64,000 nucleotides of DNA from contig OZ076410.1 in NCBI GenBank assembly GCA_964187785.1, positions 63,736,001-63,800,000 on the forward strand, in the 5' to 3' direction. This document shows, in pieces, positions 40,290-50,335 of the stretch (within the stretch, counting starts at the first letter, position 1; each line of letters opens with the position of its first letter). This DNA is from Amphiscolops sp. MND2022 (Eukaryota). The notes below the pieces were generated by a model, which was not told the DNA's origin, did not search any database, and saw only the letters and a program-made list of their open reading frames with translations. Made by a program: the position numbers and the translations under genes.

Positions 40290-43200
40290 AGCCTTTTTAT
40301 GACATCTAGAAATGACCAAGATTTATAAATTTTATAGTCCTTAAAATTCCACCAATTTGAACGAAATTTCGGCACACTTGATTGTTTTCATGCGTCACTA
40401 CTTGGTCTCATCGGTTATTCCGTAATAGCCCTCAATTCGTGGCAATTCGTTAGTTTAGTAGCATGTTGCTTATAGCAGCAAATGTCTTAGTTACAAGTAC
40501 AATATTTGTCAGCAGGGAAAGTTTCTTAGAGCTTTATCTAGTTTACAAAAAAGTTTGTTTGAAAATTCTTCGATCCATACTACTGAAAATGTTAGAAAAT
40601 GCAAATTAAAAAATTTATTATTGAAATTTGAGTTTTTTCGAAAATTCAGTAGAATATAATTGAACTTTTTGGATTTTTACCATCAGGAGACTCGCTATAA
40701 TCTCCCGAACCAACTGAATTGTTTTGATCGAGGTTTGTGTTTCGAATCAGAAAAAATGCACTATATTTTGTGTCTATGAGCTCTGAAGTTTATGCACTAA
40801 GGAAGGCTATAAAAATTGTATTTGGAAAATTGATGATTTTCATTTGAAATCAAAAACGGGACCATGTCATCTATTTCCCCCCAAACTGCTGCGGGGAGAA
40901 ATAAGACAGAAGGTTCAAATACCATTATGTCGACATCGTTTGCGTTGAAATTTTGGTCCAATAAAATAATTGATGTCGACATAATCTTATCCATTACATC
41001 GACTGTCAGTTAAAAGTTGCTAAAGTAAGGTGAAGAATAGGTTCTAAGAATGAATTTAAAATCAATGTAGCTCAACAGTATCGGCTAAAGTTTTTAAACA
41101 ACTGTATAGCATCGATATCAAAGTGTAACTGTATAGTAATTACATGACTTCAGTGTAAGATGGGTGGCAGGTAGTTTTATGTCCTTAGTTCGGAGAACTA
41201 CTACTTTGACATTGACAGATTGACATATCAGTGTCAGTGTCACATTCCCTCCTCCGTGATGTTCAAGGGAACCAGCTCTGCGATGGCTAGTAGTTTCTGA
41301 TGCGAGGAAAGGGCGTGATGGGATACTTCCTCGGAACGGTGAAGGTGAAAGCGTTTCCTAAATGAACCATGGTTAGAAATATTCGACACCGCCCAACTTA
41401 ACTACTCTCTTCGCCGCTCTTATTCTTTCGGACCTACGTGGTTCTAGGTTTGAATCGAATGAATTACTTTCGTCCCTAGTATTTTGTTTTAGCCGTGTTT
41501 TACCTGTGTGGTCTTGGTCTGTTGCTTCGGCGTTGGGCATGTTTTGGCCGCGAATCGGCGTTCCGAATTCGTCCGGTGGTGTCGCGTCGGTAGTCTGGGG
41601 TATTTCGGTGCTGCAGCCGATAGGAGATGTCAGCATTGGTGTTTGTGACCGTAGTCGCTCTACTTCCCGGTCTATCGCCTCCTTTAGTGTGGCGTCTTCG
41701 GTAACATCTTCCTCTTCTGAGGTGTCATTGTCTGCGTATTGGCTGGTCGATTCCGAGCCGTGGCTAGAAGAATCGTACATAACCACTCGGTTGTACGGTC
41801 GTTTCTTTTTCGCTGGCATTGTTGGCATCGCGGTGTGGCTAGTGCTGGGTTCATTGTTATTGTCGTCTTGCCTGGTGGTCTCCAGCCGTAGGTGCGTTTC
41901 ACACAGCTCACCGCTACTAAATTTTCCACATCTGCGGCATCGGTTTGTGGGTTTTCTCCGATCCTCGGGTTTTCTTGATGTCTGAAAATTCAGGGGCTTT
42001 GATGCCAATTTTTTATGTCTTATCCTCCCTTCGAAGGTAGTTATTGTATGTCCTGTTTCGGCTACCGCTGTTAAGATTTTTTTTGTTTTAAAACCACATT
42101 TCATGGAATTTGGTTTATTCTTTTTCTTTGTTTCGTTGAGGACCAGGTAGTCCGCCATCTCTCCTTCTGCGTCGTTTATTGTGACTACTTGGAGTTTTGT
42201 CGGTTGGGCTGAAATATAATTGGTTAGTGTTCTCCTCCAATTAGACAACAGACATTCCGGCTTATCTATCAAGTTGGTTAGAGCAATGCGCGGCTTTCTG
42301 CCTAAATGCATCTGAAAAGGTGTCGTTTTCAGTCGGCTGTGTGGCGTTTGTCTAATTGTTTTTTCGCTAATTGCACGCTTTCTTCAAAACTCAAGCCGTC
42401 TGCCATGTTTGCTCTAGTAAGTGATTTAATTGTCCGTATTAATCTCTCGACTAAGCCGGTACCGGTGTGTAAATTGGGCGTACACCTTATCCATTTGATA
42501 TTTTGGCCGTCACAAAATTGTTTGAATTCATTACTTTTGAAGCAACTTCCATTGTCGGTTCGAATAACCCGTGGTGTTCCGTTGTCCGTAAAATATCTCG
42601 TTAAAAATTTTAGGACGGTCCGTGCGTCCGTACTTTTACAAATGTGTGCGGTGGGCCATTTGCTAAAACGGTCAACAGCTTCTAAAATATATGTGTCACC
42701 GCGTGTTTTCGATTTAATTGGACCGGCGAAGTCCAATTGGATTTCTTGATTCGGTTCGGTTAAAATCTCGAGATTGTTTTTTTTTCGTGGATGGGATTTG
42801 AGTAGTAATATTCTTACCTGCGGCTCTGCAGCTTGGGCATGATTCGGCCTTTTCTTGAATCTCACGGTTCATTCCAGGCCACCAGAAAGCTTGTGCTATC
42901 TGCTCCATTTTTCCGGCCGACGCGTGTCCGTGATGCAGCATAGCGATAATCGTTGTGCGCATGTTCTCCGGAATTACAATTTTATCATTATAGAACAGTA
43001 ATCCAAATCTTGTGGATAAGTGCGAGCGATGTGGGTGATAAGGGTAGAAGATACTGTCTAGTTGTTGATTTTCAATGGCGGCGATGGCGTTTAATATCTT
43101 TATGTCTCGTGCTGTTTCGTCTACGAGGAGAGGAAGGTCTAGGGCGAAGTCTTTCTCCGCTTTTTTGATTGCTTCCTCGGTATTGTCGTTCTGGTCGGAG

Positions 43201-43833
43201 CTGAGTGAATTTTTCTTTGCCGTCTGTTTGAGTCTAATTAAATTCACAGTCTCATGTTTCTTGAATTTTTTAAAGGCATTTGTTGGGCATTTATCGTTTT
43301 TCGTCCGGCTAGTCTCACTGTCCCCGTCTGATTGGTTGCTGTGTAGCCAGAATTCGTTATTGTTTGGTTGGTATTCCAACAGGGGTGTCGTTCCGATCGT
43401 TTCACAGTAGTGGAAAAAGCGGTTGTAAATTTCGACGTTGAGTTCCACTATTCTTTTTCTGCTGTCCTGGTTTGGCCGATATTCTTGTATGCGCTCGCTC
43501 TCCTTTCCTTTTCCGACGATTCTCGTCCGGTCTGGTTTTAGCAGATAATTTCTTTGAATCCACAGGCGTTTAGTCTCCGGGGAATGGCCTCTTTTCTTGT
43601 GTATGAAGTTCATGTCAATGCCGTTGACTTTGTCCATTTTTGAGTTGGAAAGTTTGCAGTTTATAGCGTTAATGCTAGTTGACGGCGGTGAGGTTTTGAA
43701 CAAATGAGTGCTTGGATTTTGTTCGCGAACATTTTTATCGCGTTGTGATTGGTTGAGATTTTCTCTCGTGTTTAGTTGTTCGGTAAATCGTTTCATGCTT
43801 CCTCGCTCTTGGTTGAACTCAAATAAGCCGTAT

Positions 43834-44572
43834 GTTCTTCTTCTTTTTAGCTTTCACCACCCATTCTGGGGGTACGCTCTCCTCTCGGTTGGCCTCGGCA
43901 AGTGTTCCTATGTCAAGCCAGGTTCGTGGCGGAAATGGGTATGGTGCAATTGGGACATTCCGTGTATTTGGCTTTATATTTCCTTGCTGGGGGCAAAGTT
44001 ACGGGGGATTATGTTGGTTGGCATCTTTTTCTGTGTCTCGCGAAGTTTTTCCGTGACAGTGACTTGTTGCATGATGTACAGGTTCTGTGTGTCTCCGATG
44101 AATGTTCCCCGTTACATGACTTCTGGTGGTTTGTCCGTGTGTTTTCCGTCTTAAAAATTCTAGTGCAGCTTGGGCAGGGAAAGAGGACAGGTTCTTTCTT
44201 GTTATGTATTCTTTTCGTGTGGATACCCAATCCAGCGGCAGTTCGGCACGTTTTCCCGCATTGTGAGCATGTGAGGGACTGCTAAGATTTGGGGAAATTT
44301 CTGGTTTCACCGTTTCCAACTTCCTGGCTATTATCGTGCCTGTGTGGCGGGCACTTGCCGAAACGGGTCCAAGAGGGCCCTCGCCGTCAAGTTTGTTGAA
44401 GAGGTGCTTTGGTTGGCTAGACCATTGCCACTCTGTTGGCTTCCGGGAGGTGGCTTCATGGATCCTTACGGCTCCTTGGAAGTTCTTTTTCCGGCGCCCC
44501 TGTGTGTTCCTTGACGCACAAGACATGCTGTGCGCGGCCCACTTGCGCCACGTAGGAGGCGACACACTCCGC
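43834..44572 (-). mobile_element. Short non-autonomous non-LTR retroposon (5' ribozyme, zinc-finger frame, A/GAA tail)
   Basis: 9-bp TSD ATACGGCTT (43825-43833 and 44573-44581), 3' tail TAAAAAGAAGAAGAAC. Removing it restores ...QIYGLFEFN, matching QIYGLFQFN in the related element at ~105-130. Confidence 0.92.
43847..44425 (-). pseudogene. 193-codon single frame with four zinc fingers (1 CCHH, 3 CCHC) and five internal stops
   Basis: CSQCGKTCRTAAGLGIHTKRIH, CPSCTRIFKTENTRTNHQKSC, CTSCNKSLSRKNFARHRKRC and CPNCTIPISATNLA*HRNTC lie in one frame with no frameshift. Confidence 0.8.
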
Positions 44573-44576
44573 AAGC
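44502..44576 (-). ncRNA. HDV-like self-cleaving ribozyme (predicted)
   Basis: P1 GCUUGC/GCAAGU, P2 GUGUGUC/GAACACAC (1-nt bulge), P3 GCC/GGC, L3 UCCUACGU, P1.1 CC/GG, P4 GCGCACA/UGUGCGU, J4/2 CAAG. All parts are in HDV order. Confidence 0.8.
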
Positions 44577-47500
44577 CGTATATTTGATTGATGACGAACT
44601 CTTCGTCGGCTTCCGCTTCGTCTTGTCCGTCCGCTTTATTTTCCAGTTCGGCGATTTCGGTCGGTACGATCGGATGACGGCTTAAGTAGTCCGTTAGCGG
44701 AATGTTTTTGCCGGCCGTGTATTGGATATTGACGTCGAAATGGCTCAGTCTATCCAGCCAACGAGTTAAGCGTGCGCTATATTGTTTATGTGCCCGGTTC
44801 TTTTTCAGTAATGGTTGCAATGCCTGGTGATCTGTCAACAAATTTACTCTTTTACCGTAGACGTAATATTTAAAGTGTTCTAATCCCCATAAAGCTCCCA
44901 ACAATTCTAATTCGTTTATCGCGTATTGTTTCTCGCAATCGGTTAAAAATCTGCTAGCGAAAGCTACGGGTCTAAATACTACACCTTCTTTTTGCCACAA
45001 AGTCGCACCCAGTCCGGTGTTACAAGCATCGGTTGTAATGTAGTTGTCTCTTTTTGGGTCGAAATGGGCCAAGCATGGTGCTTCTGTGATCTCCTTCTTT
45101 AGTTTTTCGAAATCTTCGTCTACTTCTGCTGTCCATTCTCATTTGACGTCTGTCTTCAGTAATTTCCTCATTCGATCGGTTTTCTTGGATAGGTTGTTGA
45201 TAAATTTGGATAGATGTTGTATGGAGCCGAGGAAAGATTGTAGCTCCTTTACATTCTTCGGTGCGGTTAATTTGGTTATCGCTTCTGTTTTGTCTTTATT
45301 TGGCTTTACGCCGCTTTGATTGATGAAGTAGCCGAGCCAGGTTAGTTCTTTCTTGAACAACTCCGTCTTCGTTTCACTTGCTCGGTAGCCGGCGTTCTGC
45401 AATTTTAAGAGGACTTCTCGTACTTCTTTCTCGTGGTCTTCGATACTGCCATTAGTTACGCAAATAATATCATCGAACCAGACTGGGGTTTTGAATTCTA
45501 GCACGCTATCGATGTGTTCTTGGAATACCGTTGGAATATCTGATAGTCCGTAGAAGACTTTCTTGAAGCGATAGTGACCGGTGAAGTCTCCACCGATAAT
45601 TGAAAATATGCAGTGTTTAGCTGCTTCTTTGGACAGTCTTGCCTGGCCGTAGGCGTAGTCCAAGTCTATGTTCGACATCCAAATTTCGCCTTCGCCGTTG
45701 GTTATTTTGGCGGAAATTTTACTGATTAGTTCTTAAGTATTTGGCATTGCAGCTTTTCGCTTTATGCATGCTTCGTTAAGCTTCTGGAATCCAATGCGAT
45801 TTTGACCGATTTGTCCTTTTTGATGGTGATGACTGCGGGAGAAATGAAGCAATTTTCTGTGGTTTCGTCAGCTTTTTCGATATGTCCCGATTTGATAAGT
45901 TTCTCTAGTTCTTCTCGGACATTTTTCTGGAAATGTATGGGAACGGGTCGTCCCTTTTGTTGTATGGGCTTGATGTCTTTCTTCAACTGAATATCGATCG
46001 TTAGATCTTTTATTGTGCGGTTGTTTTTGAATAAGTCTTCATGTTCGCTAATGATTTTCTTTCGTCTCTCGTCTTCTTCTACGTGGCGGATCACATTCGT
46101 CTTTTTGCCGCCTTGTAGGCCGATTTCCAGTTTGTCCAACCAATCCAATCCCAAAAATGGTTGCGTATTTTTGTTTTCTGTGATAAGGATAGGCAGGGTT
46201 TCTTTGTTTTTTTCTGTCTTTACTTCTACCATTGCCTCGCTCTTGAATTTGATGGGATTTTTATTCACGTCGACGAAGATTTTTGTTGTTTCTTTCATTT
46301 CTTTTGGTGTGATAATTGGAGGCATAATCGTCACGGGTGAGCCGGTGTCGATGATGAATTCTATTGGTTGGCCATGGACAAATAGGATTGTTTTGTAAAA
46401 GTCGACTCGGTTCACTCCGTTGACGGACTGAATATGGTCAATTTCCGGCCATGGTTCGGTGCTGCTATCCGATGAAGCCACTTTTTTAATCCGACTGACG
46501 GTTTTGGATTTACATACCTTGGTGAAGTGTCCCATCTTCTTGCAGTTATTGCATTGGGCCTTCCGTGCCGGACAAACGTGTTCCATTGACCAGTTTGGTT
46601 TTCCGCAGAAGCGGCAATCGCGGTTTGAAAATTTCTTTTTCTCGGTAAAATTTGTTTTGCGTTTCCGTGACTGGTTGGTGTGACCGATCAATTCGGTGGA
46701 TGTCGAGCTGTTTGATGAATCTTTTCTGGCTTTTTTGGTTTTCGTTTTCTTGTCCCCGTATTTTCGGTTGTAGTTATCGAGTTCATTCGTCTCAAGGACC
46801 AGTTTTATCTTCAGAGGGCCGTTTATGAATTTATCGCGGGCTCTTTTGTCTCTGATGGTAGAGGCGAATTTATATGCGATAATTTCTTCTGCTGTGATGT
46901 TACCGAAGTCGCACTTTCTTTCAATGTCCACTAGTCTTTTCCAATATTCATCCAGTGTTTCAGTGTCTTCCTGCTTCATGTTGAAAATTTGCGCTCTACT
47001 GTGGAATACGTTCCTCACTGGAAGGAAGGTTTTCTTGAATAGTGTCAATACTTCGGGTAGTTGGACGTCTTTCAGTTCACAGCCCTATTGGCCTCTCATA
47101 ATTTCATGTTTGGCTTTCAGCTCGAGTGCCCAGATAACATCGCCTTTTATGTGGTAGACTGTGTGTGGGTCCATGTATTCTACACCTTCGTCAATGATTT
47201 CGTCCAGATTGCGGTTGTATGTCAAATGGATGTATTCCGAAAATTGTTCCCACCACATCTTTGGGTTGATTTTAGTGAGATCCGTTTCTCTATCCGATAA
47301 AATCGGAATTTTGTATCTACTTTTTTCCATCCGTTCTGACGTTGTTGTTCGATTGTTGTTTGTTCTGGTTGATTGTTCCGATAAATTCGGTTCACCCTCC
47401 GTTGAGTTGAAGTTGGTGTTGCTGTTTTCCATTGTTCGAATTGCCTACTGCGCCATAAAGTAAGGTGAAGAATAGGTTCTAAGAATGAGTTTAAAATCAA

Positions 47501-49377
47501 GGTAGCTCAACAGTATCGGCTAAAGTTTTTATACAACTGTATAGCATCGATATCAAAGTGTAACTGTATAGTAATTACATGACTTCAGTGTAAGATGGGT
47601 GGCAGGTAGTTTTATGTCCTTAGTTCGGAGAACTACTACTTTGACGTTGACAGATTGACATATCACTGTCAATGTCACAGTTGCTCATTAGATTTTATAG
47701 CGGACAAAATTTGCGCTGAAACAGGGGCCTTTTTATACGATTTTAGTTTTTTCCAAACGTGAATTTCTGGTATTTTGGACAATAATGTCAAAACATATGG
47801 TAGCTTTTTCACATGAAGTGTCCAAACAGTTGTAGAGACAATCCTCTAAGTATATACATTCATATAACATTCCCTTATTAGTGAAATGCTTTATTGAAGA
47901 ACAAAACGTGTTTTCGTGTTGGGGGAAAATTCCCAACAAGGTGTATCTGGGGTGGGGGGAATAGATGACATGGTCCCGAAAAAGTTTTTCAATCAAATCA
48001 TATTAGCATCCTCAAGAGAATTGGGGGCAAATGATTGACTGAAATTTTTTCAAAACTACTTTTTCAACAGTACAATTTCTAACTTTTTTGTCTCAGAAAT
48101 TTCAAACAAACATTTTTGTAAACTAGATAAAATTTTAAGAAATCGTCCCAGTTTTTTTTGTATTTGTCAGTTTTATTTGGATTTGAAATTTGCAATTTAA
48201 AGCAATGGAGTTGCGATATTTTAGAACGCTACCGTATATAATATGAATGGGCTATTTGTTTTGATTGAGCATCGAAGCTGTGTTTCGAAAGCCAGTTCAC
48301 TTAAATAAAGAAACAAGTTTCAGACCACTCTACTGAATTCAAACTTGTAAAGGTGCTATTTTTTCTAGAGTGGGCGTTATTTGATTTCTTCACAGATTAA
48401 GGGTTGAGAGTCCGTTTTTATCTAACTCTCTCCTTTGAGTCAATAGTTATTTTAAGCAATTCATGTGACTGAAACAAGATTTTAACTTATATGCAACTTC
48501 TTGTCAATTATTATGTGAACATCGTGGTCTCGTCGGATGCAAGCCATTTTGTTTTTGGTTTATGTTGCATTTATAGCTGAAAAGAAACTGCTTAAATTGT
48601 GTCATAGTTCCATCCAATTGCATGCATGAAATCATATGGTTCCATAGGATTCCATGCATAGAAACAGCTTGAAAGTATTGTATGGAACCCTATAGATATG
48701 GATCCGGGTATCTTTTCTATATGGAAGTATGGACAAAAAATAATGAAAACAAACACAGGTGTAGTTAGCATTCATCTGATATAGAGCGGACGTAATCAAA
48801 GTTCGTTTATAAATCAAATGACAAATTTACATCAAAAACAGACCAAATTGAAAACGAGACATCTGCTGAATATCATGATATTTCCCGACCTGGGTTTTTC
48901 TAGTGCTCGAATAATTTAAGGGGTTCGAGCCAATACACTTATGCCAGCTGAAACGCTCCAAACTTGCATAGAAAAGTTTCACAACATTTGACACTGTGGA
49001 GCTTTTTATTGGATCAAGTCAGAAAATTTTCCCGTTAAAGCAAGATTTTATCATTGTTGTCAGGAACATATTTCTTGTAAAAGTCTAAGTTTCTATAGAC
49101 TTTGGTTCAAAAGAAGCAGTTGAACAATATCTTTATATCGTTTTTTACGGCCATAAACTGTGACAAATCGCGGCAAATGATACTAAATAATGGTGAAATT
49201 ATTGCATTCGCAGACAAATGAGCATTATTCAATTTCCAATATTTGCAAACATTAACAAACAATAACAAACAATAGCTAGCAAGACCTTTTTATGCATATT
49301 TTCAAGGTTATTCGGAATACATATTTGCAAAAATCAGAGATATTTTGAATATTTGGGTATTTTCGGTCCAAATATTT

Positions 49378-49447
49378 GACGGTCCCGGGAATCGAACCGA
49401 TGATCTTACGGTTGAGAGGCTACTACGCTACCTCTGCGCTAAATTGC
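49378..49447 (-). other. tRNA-like / Pol III A-box and B-box segment within the BEL-2 LTR (second copy at ~56572-56641)
   Basis: TAGCGCAGAGGTAGCG...GGTTCGATTCCC with tRNA-like spacing and a pairing D-arm. Acceptor, anticodon and T stems are broken, so it is not a functional tRNA. Confidence 0.65.
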
Positions 49448-49633
49448 CTTATTATTTGCTTAATTTAAATTCATCTTATTTGTATTGCGCCGCAACATCC
49501 TCCGGGCCCAAGAAGATGAACGGTCTGAACAAAAAAAAACCTTTTTTTTTCATGATCGGGTTGATACAAAATTACATGATACATATGTTTTAAAGATACA
49601 TGTGGTTATTAGGTTAAGTATAAATGTTACGGG

Positions 49634-50335
49634 TTACGATGAATCAGGTAAATCGGGGGAAGGAAGAACTGGGGCTAGTTTCACGACTGGCCGAACGAGG
49701 TTTCCGGACGAGGTCTTAACTTCGGCAGAGCGGGCGACGGCATCGCTGCCAAAGTTGAGTTTGACGACGCGCGCGAGAGGGTAATAGCCTCTCGGGCTTG
49801 TGGGTTCCACGATCCAAACGAGATCTCCGGTTTTCAATTGCCTGGCGGACTGTGTGGACCACTTTGAGCGACGATTCAAAGTTGGTACGTATTCTCTCAG
49901 CCATCTGTTCCAGATAGCGTCAGAATAGGCTTGGGCGCGTGCATACCGCTTGCGGTGGTCGAAATCACACTTAGAATGGGACGGTAGAGACGAGCCAGCT
50001 GTTCCGAGCAAGAAGTGGTTGGGCGTTAACGCCTCCAAGTCAGTTGCATCTGCGCTTGCTGGAACCAGCGGACGAGCGTTGAGGCTCTGCTCCACAAGAC
50101 AAAACACAGTTGTTAGTATTTCATCAGTCAAACGTCTGTTACCGAGTATCGCGTAGAAAGTATGTTTGAAACTTCTCACTAGTCTTTCCCAGACACCGCC
50201 ATGGTGTGGAGCACTCGGAGGGTTAAATTTCCAGTTGACACCTTTCTTTACCATGGATTCGGCAATTGATTGATGATTCCACTTGAGAACGTTCTGGAGT
50301 AATTCTTTCTCTGTTGCAACAAAGTTCGTCCCATT
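49634..50335 (-). pseudogene. BEL-2 integrase C-terminal half
   Basis: (D)NGTNFVA...WKFNPPSAPHHGGVWERLVRSFK...LTPNHFLLG...PRGYYPLARV...RPVVKLAPVL. The HHCC region and both catalytic Asp residues are missing. Confidence 0.92.

Larger units (their letters stand above)
41373..47432 (-). pseudogene. Gypsy gag-pol broken by stops, frameshifts and a 739-bp insertion
   Basis: CRFCGK...H.C and CNNCKKMGHFTKVC knuckles, FIIDTGS (PR), DLDYAYGQ...WFDD (RT), TTDAC...NELELLG (RH), HHGH...CPSC, QLDFAGP, TDNG, GLVER (IN). Confidence 0.95.
41021..47679 (-). mobile_element. Full-length but decayed Ty3/Gypsy LTR retrotransposon
   Basis: 224-bp LTRs (41021-41244 and 47456-47679, ~6 differences by eye), 5-bp TSD GTTGC, PBS TGGCGCAGTAGGCA (tRNA-Ser-like), PPT GGAGGAGGGAA, and Gypsy order gag-PR-RT-RH-IN. 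Confidence 0.97.

Noticed and set aside
43999-45072. 357-aa ORF fusing RNase H to a novel C-terminus
   Set aside because: This is chance read-through into the 739-bp insertion in a frame that does not encode the zinc fingers.
49500-49634. env gene downstream of BEL pol
   Set aside because: Only ~125 bp separate the pol stop from the PPT, so there is no room for env.
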